A DNA stretch of 64,000 nucleotides, taken from positions 1 through 64,000 of IMG/VR virus record IMGVR_UViG_3300041411_000177; one strand, 5' to 3'. Source of the stretch: a virus (taxonomy: Duplodnaviria; Caudoviricetes). Each line of letters begins with the position of its first letter. Position 1 is the stretch's first letter. Shown here piece by piece: positions 56,862-64,000 of this stretch. The translations under genes and the position numbers were made by a program. The notes beneath the pieces are model-generated. The model ran no database searches. It was not told the DNA's origin and saw only the letters and a program-made list of their open reading frames with translations.

Positions 56862-57393
56862 CGAATGCCCACTGAGCCACTATGCGTTTAAAACGAAATG
56901 CCGTGTGACCACTTGCAAATACTACACGGAACAAACGCACCGTCGCTGTATGGCTCTCGATGCTGTGTTCGCCTCAACGAAAGGCGATCAAGAACAAGGT
57001 AAGAAAAAGAAAAAGAAAGACCAGCCAAAAGGTCTGTCGGATGTGGAATTGCGATTGCTGAAATTGCCGCATCTGACAAAGCGTGACGTGTTGATTCACC
57101 GCAAGGCCTCATGCGAACGTGTGTGGGCCGTTGTCGCCCTGTATCACGCGGCACAAGAAGCAGCCAGCTACCACAGTGACGACTTCGCGGAAGAAACACC
57201 GGTCACGAAAAAGATTGCGGAACATCCATTGTTTCAAGATCCAGATTTGAAACTGGAACCGTGGATGATTCCGATGCTGCTGGACAAAGAGCATATGTCG
57301 AAATATGGCAGTCCAAAAATTCACCTGTTGTTCGACGTTACCGACAAGGAACTAGAACAAACCTACCCTAGCGACGGAGTTACAAACCAATGA
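56854..57393 (+). CDS. Cys-rich putative zinc-binding protein
   Basis: ATG 56854; CPLSH...C...C..Y......C N-terminus; internal K6 tract. Confidence 0.55.
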   Translation: MSNECPLSHYAFKTKCRVTTCKYYTEQTHRRCMALDAVFASTKGDQEQGKKKKKKDQPKGLSDVELRLLKLPHLTKRDVLIHRKASCERVWAVVALYHAAQEAASYHSDDFAEETPVTKKIAEHPLFQDPDLKLEPWMIPMLLDKEHMSKYGSPKIHLLFDVTDKELEQTYPSDGVTNQ

Positions 57394-58031
57394 GCGTTAA
57401 GCCACAATCGAAAGCCCTGATGCGTCCTCTGACCGTGACCCAAGCACTGGTCGAGCGCAAAGACGACCTCGCCCTGTACGTGATGAACCGCACCAAACCA
57501 GCAGGCAATATTAACCTGACTGTGTTGGGTGAAGACGGTACTTCGCAATCCATCGTGATTCCGAAAACCTTCGTGCCTATCGACATGACGCTTTTCGCAC
57601 CGCGTGACAATCTGCTGAAAAACAAACATTTCCGTCAGCTGTGCCAACTGGGCGAAATCGCAATCGCACACCCGGACGACGCGGAAACCGCAATCCAGAA
57701 CAGCCCGAAAGCGAAGCAAGAAATCCAGCGCGTTCTGACCATGAACGCCGGTTCCGATTCCGCAGCCATGCCTGAATATCTGGAAATGCGTACCGACGTT
57801 GCGGCCCCGGTTCAGCAACAGGCCCCGATCCACAACGAAGAAACCTACAGCCCGACGCCGTTCGTTGCTGGTATCGTCAACCGTGCGTTGAACGAAGGCG
57901 AAGACATGGCCGACCTGATGGACGACATTTCGATGCGTCAGGACGAACTGTCTTTCGAAGACATGACGTACATTGCCAACAACGTCGAAGATCAGACCCT
58001 GAAGCAATTCATCGCTGATCTGCTTCCGTAA
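57390..58031 (+). CDS. hypothetical protein (strongly biased codons)
   Basis: 213-aa ORF followed by a terminator. Confidence 0.7.
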   Translation: MSVKPQSKALMRPLTVTQALVERKDDLALYVMNRTKPAGNINLTVLGEDGTSQSIVIPKTFVPIDMTLFAPRDNLLKNKHFRQLCQLGEIAIAHPDDAETAIQNSPKAKQEIQRVLTMNAGSDSAAMPEYLEMRTDVAAPVQQQAPIHNEETYSPTPFVAGIVNRALNEGEDMADLMDDISMRQDELSFEDMTYIANNVEDQTLKQFIADLLP

Positions 58032-58051
58032 TTTTACGGATTTCAGGCAAT

Positions 58052-58092
58052 AAAAAAGGCCGCTCTCCATTTCGGGATTGCGGCCTTTTTTT
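58052..58092. terminator. bidirectional intrinsic terminator
   Basis: AAAAAAGGCCGC...GCGGCCTTTTTT between convergent genes. Confidence 0.85.
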
Positions 58093-58107
58093 GGTTCTGT
58101 TGCAGGT

Positions 58108-58410
58108 TTATTCGGGCACTTCAATGTCACGGATTTGTTGGCAGATATCCAACACGGTATTCGTGATGGAATTATTACGTAGTGCTTTCAGCAGGCCGAC
58201 GTTACGCACCAGCCCTTCGTGAATCGACTTGATCATGTCGAGTGCGAAAGTTTCGGTTACGTCTTCGAGAAAACCTACGAACTGTGCAGGCTTGTGACCG
58301 TACCCAAATTCTTCGTACAGTTTGCGACTTACCAGCGCATGTTTTTCCATGGCAGCCGTGAGTTCGAGGCGTGTTGCTTCACTGACGATTCGTTGTTGTG
58401 GTTCAGCCAT
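58108..58410 (-). CDS. hypothetical protein
   Basis: 100-aa ORF. Confidence 0.6.
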   Translation of the reverse strand: MAEPQQRIVSEATRLELTAAMEKHALVSRKLYEEFGYGHKPAQFVGFLEDVTETFALDMIKSIHEGLVRNVGLLKALRNNSITNTVLDICQQIRDIEVPE

Positions 58411-58724
58411 TACAAGTTCCCCGCCGTTGCGGCCTTCACACGGGCCACGATTGTCAGTGTGCGATTTTTCAATTCGCCTTGACGCAACGATTCAAGATGT
58501 TCAAGTTTCTTGTTGATGCTTTTCTCACATGCTTTGGCCCACAAGAAAACATTGGACAGCAGAAGAGGCCCGCCGGGCAACCCGCTGGCACCAGCGCCCC
58601 ACTTACCTACGCCGAATTCAGAATACAACGCCTTGTCGATTTTGTCTTCAAGGGAGTACAGGCTTTGCAGAGCGTCCATCGTTTCTTTATCAGCGTGATA
58701 CTTTTCGTTTGGTTGGTTCGACAT
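58410..58724 (-). CDS. hypothetical protein
   Basis: 104-aa ORF. Confidence 0.6.
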   Translation of the reverse strand: MSNQPNEKYHADKETMDALQSLYSLEDKIDKALYSEFGVGKWGAGASGLPGGPLLLSNVFLWAKACEKSINKKLEHLESLRQGELKNRTLTIVARVKAATAGNL

Positions 58725-59832
58725 TTTTCGTCAGCCTCTTAGGTTTCTTTTCCATGGATAGCTTCGGGAATTCCTGTGTGGTTTTCTCGATAGCCTTTTT
58801 CTTTTTCGGCACTTCGACAGCCTTCACCTTTTTCTTCGGCTTGGGCTTATCATCTTGCCCGTATGCGTAGACGATTTCTTTTACCTTTTCGATCAGCTTC
58901 TGAGGGGCAGCGTCCGGATCGAGTTTGATCAGATTACCTTCGTCGTCATATTTGCATGGCAATTTCAGTTCTTCGAAATCCAAATGACCTTCGCAATATC
59001 CCTCGACCAATCGCGCCATCTGCTTACCGGCTTTGTCATTATCCGTCAGCGTGTAAACCTTCGTAATGCCGAGGCCTTGCAGCAGCATCAATTTACGTGG
59101 GCCGAACATTTTCGAACCGAGGATTGCACAGGCCGGGATTTTATTCAGCACCAGACGCAGCCAGTCACGCGGGCCTTCACATAGCACCACTGCATGACAA
59201 CCGAACAAATCGTGCTTGCGAATAAAATCGTAACCGAGCAAACCGTAGTCCATTACCCAATCACCTTTGGTGTTGATATAGGACAATCCGGTTTCCTGTT
59301 TTTCCATCAACGCCTTCACGCCGCCCTTATACCGACCATTAATGTAAATAGGTAAGGCAAGCATCACATCGTCCCGCGTATCCTCACTGAACATGTGACC
59401 GTTAACGCGTTCAATCATTGTGCCGGGATATCCACGCCATTCCTTTTCCTTGGGCCACGGAATTACTGAGCCGCCCAATTCTTCGTAGAGTCGTCCAATG
59501 GAACGGTTATTCGTATTTTCTCTTTCTTTCTTTTTCCGGTTGAATCTTGCACGGTCGCCAGCAGTCGTTCCCTCGAAGAACTGCCATTGCTTGATTTGTT
59601 GTAGGCCCAATTTCTCCGCAAGTTTATTCCACGGCCCGGACGTTTGACATGACCAGCAGTTGAACGTCCCGACAGGCACCCGCGCTTCTAGGCTTATGTT
59701 AATGCCAAGCGATGGGTTGCTGTCTTCGTGGAACGGACAAACGATTTCGAACGTGGTTGCTTTGAATCGCGTTGGCCCTTGTATTTTTTCTAGTTCAGCC
59801 ATGATGACCGTATAGGCATCATCGAGTTTCAT
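58690..59832 (-). CDS. DNA primase (zinc finger + TOPRIM)
   Basis: CPFH...CWSC zinc-binding domain; CEGPRD and LTDND TOPRIM motifs; Lys-rich tail. Confidence 0.88.
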   Translation of the reverse strand: MKLDDAYTVIMAELEKIQGPTRFKATTFEIVCPFHEDSNPSLGINISLEARVPVGTFNCWSCQTSGPWNKLAEKLGLQQIKQWQFFEGTTAGDRARFNRKKKERENTNNRSIGRLYEELGGSVIPWPKEKEWRGYPGTMIERVNGHMFSEDTRDDVMLALPIYINGRYKGGVKALMEKQETGLSYINTKGDWVMDYGLLGYDFIRKHDLFGCHAVVLCEGPRDWLRLVLNKIPACAILGSKMFGPRKLMLLQGLGITKVYTLTDNDKAGKQMARLVEGYCEGHLDFEELKLPCKYDDEGNLIKLDPDAAPQKLIEKVKEIVYAYGQDDKPKPKKKVKAVEVPKKKKAIEKTTQEFPKLSMEKKPKRLTKNVEPTKRKVSR

Positions 59833-59852
59833 GGAATCGACCTCATGAATAC

Positions 59853-59875
59853 CAATTTAATAGTATCATTTACAG
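59853..59875. promoter_or_regulatory. back-to-back promoter motifs: CAATTTAATA (+) and CTGTAAATG (-)
   Basis: Both lie in the 52-bp divergent gap between the primase and nuclease genes. Confidence 0.45.
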
Positions 59876-59884
59876 TTACTGGAT

Positions 59885-61045
59885 GTGCCCGTGTTTAAGG
59901 ACATTGCAAGCCGTATCAAGAAAGATCGGCGGTTGGTGCATATCGAATCGCACTTAGGTGAAGTCTATGCGCAGATAATGGATAGCTCTATTATCACGCC
60001 GAATGGACGTGGCCCTGAATACCGACCGTCTTCCTTTCCAATCTGCCCAATTCTGGTTCACATGCAATTTTTGCAAGCGGCAGAAAAAGGTTTTTATCAA
60101 TCGAACATGGCAGCAGGCGGTGGTTATTTCACATCCGTAGGAACTGCCGCTCACGAAAACATTCAGTATTACATGGGGCAGACACGAAAAGTTTTCGGTG
60201 ATTGGAAATGCCGAAACAACAAGTGTCAGAAGCATCACGACGCCCGCGATCTTTACGACGAAAAAGGCGTGATGTATCGCAAAGGTAAACTGACGACAAA
60301 AAACACCACGAACAACCTGTGCCCGGATTGCGGCATTGCTTGTGAGTACGTGGAAAAATGCATCGACTATTTTGGTCTGAAAGGCCACATCGACTGCATT
60401 TATGAAATGCCCGATGGCACTTACTGGGTTCTCGATTACAAGACGACCACGAAAGGCCTGATGAACGGAAACAAATTGCCGAAGCGCGAACACCTGATGC
60501 AGGTTCCGACTTACTGCTACGTGTTGGAAAAGAAATACAAAATGAAAATCTCCGGATTCTCGTTGCTGTACCTGAGCCGCGACAACCCGTATGAATTCAA
60601 AGAGAAAGCCGAACGCTGGGGCGAGCGCCGCCGCAATGAAACGAAAGCTCTGATTATCCAGCAGAAGAAAATCTACCGTTCTGCTGTGAACAGCTTTATC
60701 CAGAACAAACCGGAACTCGCGATCAAGTGCAAACCCTGCAAAGCACCTGATGATTATGAACGCCTCATGCCCGCGTATGAGCCGTGTCCGATGGAAAAAG
60801 TTTGCTTCAGTAAACGCGACCTGAAAGACAACATGCTGCATGCGCTGAAGCCTGAGCAACTGATCAAGGTACTCAATATCACGAACAACATGGAAAACTA
60901 TGTTGAAGAAGACGTGATGGAACCACTCAAGAAAATCCGCGACAAGCAAAAGAAATTGAAAGCGTCTTCCTCCGACCTCAAACTGCCGTCGGCCAAGGCG
61001 AAAAAGAAAAAGACTTCTAAACCTTTGAGGCTGACCAAGAAATGA
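59885..61045 (+). CDS. Cas4/AddB-like PD-(D/E)XK exonuclease
   Basis: PSSFPICP, GTAAHE, GHID, LDYKTT, Q..TY; C-terminal CKPC...CPMEKVC (possible Fe-S ligands). Confidence 0.8.
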   Translation: MPVFKDIASRIKKDRRLVHIESHLGEVYAQIMDSSIITPNGRGPEYRPSSFPICPILVHMQFLQAAEKGFYQSNMAAGGGYFTSVGTAAHENIQYYMGQTRKVFGDWKCRNNKCQKHHDARDLYDEKGVMYRKGKLTTKNTTNNLCPDCGIACEYVEKCIDYFGLKGHIDCIYEMPDGTYWVLDYKTTTKGLMNGNKLPKREHLMQVPTYCYVLEKKYKMKISGFSLLYLSRDNPYEFKEKAERWGERRRNETKALIIQQKKIYRSAVNSFIQNKPELAIKCKPCKAPDDYERLMPAYEPCPMEKVCFSKRDLKDNMLHALKPEQLIKVLNITNNMENYVEEDVMEPLKKIRDKQKKLKASSSDLKLPSAKAKKKKTSKPLRLTKK

Positions 61046-61725
61046 AAATCTCCATTCGCTTGAAACCGCAACAGGTTGCAACTGCTGCCGGTGCATACAG
61101 CGCGCCGGATATGGGTGCAGCCGAACAGCTGCAATACTCTGACGACGAACTGGCCGAACGCGACAAGGAAGAAAAAGCCCGTCAGGAAGTAGCGGATGCA
61201 GAAGAGCGCAAGAAGGCCGCCGAGAAACAGAAAAAGGACGCGGCAAAAGCTCCGCAAACTCCGAAGGAAAGCGGCGAAGATGCTGGCGATAAATCTGACG
61301 ACGACGAAGAGGGCGACGAATCTGAAGAGGATGAAGAATCCGACGAATCGGGCGATGACTCTGAAGAATCCGACGATGATTCCGACGATGATTCCGACGA
61401 CAGCGACGACATGGATGATGAAGGCGACGAAGAGGCAACCGCCGCTTCGAAACTCCCGTATCCAGAAGCGCAATCGAAACGTAAAGCATCGGATTTGATT
61501 CCAGCCGAAACCATGGAAAAGGTTGTCGATCCTGAAGTCCAAAAGGAAGAGGACGAAAAGAAAGAAACTGAAGCGGCGCAGGCCCGGCCATTGAGCAAAG
61601 AAGATCCGAACAACAAAAACTCGCAAGGTAAAAAGCTGGATAAAGAAAACGGGAATACTTTGGTGGCGACCGCTGCCTCTGTTTCCGGGCTTCCTTATCC
61701 TGATGTGAAACTCCGCAATCGTTAA
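61042..61725 (+). CDS. acidic low-complexity protein with repeated ATAAS-x-LPYP motifs
   Basis: Long D/E/S tract; EATAASKLPYP and VATAASVSGLPYP. Confidence 0.65.
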   Translation: MKISIRLKPQQVATAAGAYSAPDMGAAEQLQYSDDELAERDKEEKARQEVADAEERKKAAEKQKKDAAKAPQTPKESGEDAGDKSDDDEEGDESEEDEESDESGDDSEESDDDSDDDSDDSDDMDDEGDEEATAASKLPYPEAQSKRKASDLIPAETMEKVVDPEVQKEEDEKKETEAAQARPLSKEDPNNKNSQGKKLDKENGNTLVATAASVSGLPYPDVKLRNR

Positions 61726-61732
61726 ACGAATG

Positions 61733-61768
61733 GCCGTGATTAGGGATTCCCTTTTCGCGGCTTTTTCG
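61733..61768 (+). terminator. intrinsic terminator
   Basis: GCCGTGA...TCGCGGC stem followed by TTTTTCG. Confidence 0.7.
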
Positions 61769-61770
61769 TT

Positions 61771-61790
61771 TGTGGGCAAAACTGTAAATA
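61771..61790 (+). promoter_or_regulatory. promoter TGTGGGCAAAACTGTAAATA
   Basis: Near-identical to 18050-18070 (-); about 31 nt before ATG 61822. Confidence 0.65.
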
Positions 61791-61821
61791 CAGAGCATAC
61801 CAGTACACGTATGGTGCCTGC

Positions 61822-62340
61822 ATGGCTTACTTCACCGAATACCATTTGATTAAAGATCATTACGGCGACCGCGTAGCCGAACGCAGTGGCGTGCCTCTGA
61901 TGCAACACATCGACGAAGGCCTTTTGATTCTGAATTGGCTGGATGCAGCGGACTACATTAAAGGCGCGTTCTGCCTGCACCCGCTGATTCAAAACGACAA
62001 CGACTATCGCGAAAACATTAATGCCCTTATGTCTAACGAACGTATGGGCATTTCTGCGTTTCAGCTGGCTTTGGCCTACCGCAAACAGGCGAACGCCTAT
62101 CTGTGCAAACCGTCAACCGATGATTGGGGCCAGTGCGAAATTGCGGAAGCGGTTGGCCCACTTTTCGAAGACATGCGCTTTATGCTGATCGCGGACAAAG
62201 TGCAGAACAAAAAAGATTTCATGCTTTACCACCACGGTTCCCATGCGCGCTCTGATCAGTTGTTGCGCTATTTTGATCAGTGGATGGAATATTTGGATTT
62301 CAATTACGAAGTGGGCAGGGGGATTCTCAATGCTGGCTGA
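61822..62340 (+). CDS. HD-domain-like hypothetical protein
   Basis: HIDEG...AFCLHP...LIADKVQN. Confidence 0.5.
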   Translation: MAYFTEYHLIKDHYGDRVAERSGVPLMQHIDEGLLILNWLDAADYIKGAFCLHPLIQNDNDYRENINALMSNERMGISAFQLALAYRKQANAYLCKPSTDDWGQCEIAEAVGPLFEDMRFMLIADKVQNKKDFMLYHHGSHARSDQLLRYFDQWMEYLDFNYEVGRGILNAG

Positions 62341-62704
62341 TTTGATTAGCGGTGACGATTTGCTGGGTAACAATCACACCCGCCGTAAATTCCAAAACAC
62401 GGTGGCCGAATTCAAGCGTGACACACGCAAGGCCACCACATCTGGTTTTTATTACCAGCACCACTACGTCGTCGAACTGCACGCCGGGCGCTGGCTGATT
62501 TGTGTCAAAACCGAAAGCGGTGACGCTCTGCTTTTCGAGGCAGACGCGGACGGCACAAATCAGGTTGTGGTTGCCGATGGTAATTACAAAGAATATCAAG
62601 GCATGTTGAACGAAGCGCGGGCGCACCTGCGTTGCCACATTTCGGCAAAGGCCACACGCAGCCGACAAGCCGCCGAGCGCAAAAAGAAAAAGGCGAAAGC
62701 GTGA
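62330..62704 (+). CDS. hypothetical protein
   Basis: Likely start ATG 62330, overlapping the upstream gene end. Confidence 0.55.
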   Translation: MLADLISGDDLLGNNHTRRKFQNTVAEFKRDTRKATTSGFYYQHHYVVELHAGRWLICVKTESGDALLFEADADGTNQVVVADGNYKEYQGMLNEARAHLRCHISAKATRSRQAAERKKKKAKA

Positions 62705-62961
62705 TGAGGGTCATTCTGAAATCCCCATGTGGCCGGGAATTCAAAATTGCGCCGCTGACCCGTGAAGAATTCGAAAAGCTGGGCAGTGATGCACCTTACA
62801 CCGCGCCTAACCGCGCCTGCCTGCACAGCACCATGCCGCGCTCTGCTTACGACCACTACAAATTTTCACGCGGTTATCACGAATGGAAAGATTTCAGCAT
62901 CGAGTGGCTGAATGAAATGCAAATCGTGATAACCGCAACAGAAGAAGAATTCCTCAATTAG
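62704..62961 (+). CDS. hypothetical protein
   Basis: Likely start ATG 62704 (TGATG coupling). Confidence 0.55.
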   Translation: MRVILKSPCGREFKIAPLTREEFEKLGSDAPYTAPNRACLHSTMPRSAYDHYKFSRGYHEWKDFSIEWLNEMQIVITATEEEFLN

Positions 62962-62974
62962 GTAGCAACCGACA

Positions 62975-64000
62975 ATGGCTGAAAAGAAAGTGAAACCCAA
63001 GGCGAAGGCTGATCCAGCCATCGAAGGGAAAAAGCTCAAGAAAACGAAAGTTGCTGAAGGTGTGGAAAAAACCACCAAGAAAAAGAAATCAGCATCGCAG
63101 GAAGACTTCACGATTCACGAAGGTCTGGCCGGTATCCGTGCAAAACCTTCCATGTACCTTGGCGAGCAAGGCGCACCGATGGCGTACCGCTGCCTGAAAG
63201 AAGGCGTGGATAACTGCTACGACGAACACATTGCCGGTCGCAACAAAGTAATCGAAGTTATTCTGGATTACGACACCGGTTGCTACATCGTGGCCGACCA
63301 AGCTGGCGGCATTCCCACCGATTTCATGAAACTGAAATCTGGCGAGAAAATTTCGATCATGACTGCCGCGTACACCAAAACGCACGCAGGCGCAAAATTC
63401 AACGACAAGGCCTACAAAACTTCGGCGGGTACTCACGGTATCGGTATGTCCGCAGTTAACGCCGTGTCCGAGCGCATGCGTGTGTGGACAACGTATAACG
63501 GCAAGCTGGCGACACAAACATACAGCAAAGGCGAAATCGTTCCGGGGCCGAAGAAAGACCTGCACCCGTACATCGTGAAAGCGGTGGACAAGGATGTAAT
63601 GGGCCACCTGAAAGACAAGCTGAAAAAATACGGTACGATTGTCGCAATCGAACTGGATCAGACCGTCGTTTCTGAAGACGCGAAAGCCGGTAAACTTCCG
63701 AAGAGTTTCAAAGTCGCAGAACCGAACTCGGCTGAAGTCGGAATGTGGCTGAATAATGTTGCGATGTTGAACCCCGGTCTGGAAATTCGGTTCTCGACAA
63801 TTCGCAAGGGCAAGCGCAAAGACGAACTCTATCTGAACAAAAAGGATTTGGCGTTCGTTCCGAAAAACATGTGCGACCTGCGCGACCTCACACCGCAAGG
63901 CAAGACGTTCATTTTCAAAAGCGACAACATCACGTGTGCGCTGGTCTGGTCTGATCACACCGACGCCGATAACTTCCTGACATTCGTAAACACTTCGCCA
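62975..64000 (+). CDS. gyrB: type IIA topoisomerase B subunit (GyrB/ParE-like), 3' truncated by the window; absent from the ORF track
   Basis: EGLAGIRAKPSMYLG, KEGVDNCYDE, VADQAGGIP, HAGAKF...YKTSAGTHGIGMSAVNAVS (GHKL ATPase motifs). Confidence 0.92.
   Translation, partial: MAEKKVKPKAKADPAIEGKKLKKTKVAEGVEKTTKKKKSASQEDFTIHEGLAGIRAKPSMYLGEQGAPMAYRCLKEGVDNCYDEHIAGRNKVIEVILDYDTGCYIVADQAGGIPTDFMKLKSGEKISIMTAAYTKTHAGAKFNDKAYKTSAGTHGIGMSAVNAVSERMRVWTTYNGKLATQTYSKGEIVPGPKKDLHPYIVKAVDKDVMGHLKDKLKKYGTIVAIELDQTVVSEDAKAGKLPKSFKVAEPNSAEVGMWLNNVAMLNPGLEIRFSTIRKGKRKDELYLNKKDLAFVPKNMCDLRDLTPQGKTFIFKSDNITCALVWSDHTDADNFLTFVNTSP

Noticed and set aside
61300-61440. GACGATGATTCC-type short tandem repeats
   Set aside because: They encode the acidic D/S tract of 61042..61725; not a separate element
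1-64000. tRNA/rRNA genes, reverse transcriptase/DGR, integrase, transposase or alternative genetic code
   Set aside because: None recognised; TAA, TGA and TAG all end ORFs normally and conserved enzymes are uninterrupted

Overview
The window is a 64 kb segment of a large lytic myovirus (jumbo-phage) genome: densely coding, almost all on the minus strand, with short plus-strand blocks after about 55.7 kb. It contains a tail sheath gene with Ig-domain tail proteins and a head/neck block. It also has a replication and recombination set: family A DNA polymerase with an N-terminal UDG-like domain, beta clamp, DnaX-like clamp loader, primase, UvsW-like helicase, SbcD/SbcC, RuvC-like resolvase, Cas4-like nuclease and a GyrB-like topoisomerase. 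A 2015-aa SNF2 ATPase and many small accessory ORFs complete the set. From recall (not searched), this gene set fits the PaBG / Erwinia Y3 / Dickeya JA11-like jumbo phages. No tRNA, rRNA, CRISPR array, integrase, transposase, intron or intein was recognised. Main leads: (1) three dispersed truncated look-alikes of core virion proteins (sheath C-terminal domain, verifiable in-window; capsid-like and portal-like fragments, from recall); (2) a histone-H1-like protein with seven AT-hooks, plus Lys-rich tails on many DNA-acting enzymes; (3) a 470-bp non-coding hairpin cluster that may be an origin or structured RNA; (4) two phage promoter motifs; (5) an apparent frameshift that fuses two genes in the ORF track. 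All family assignments come from motif reading, not database searches.
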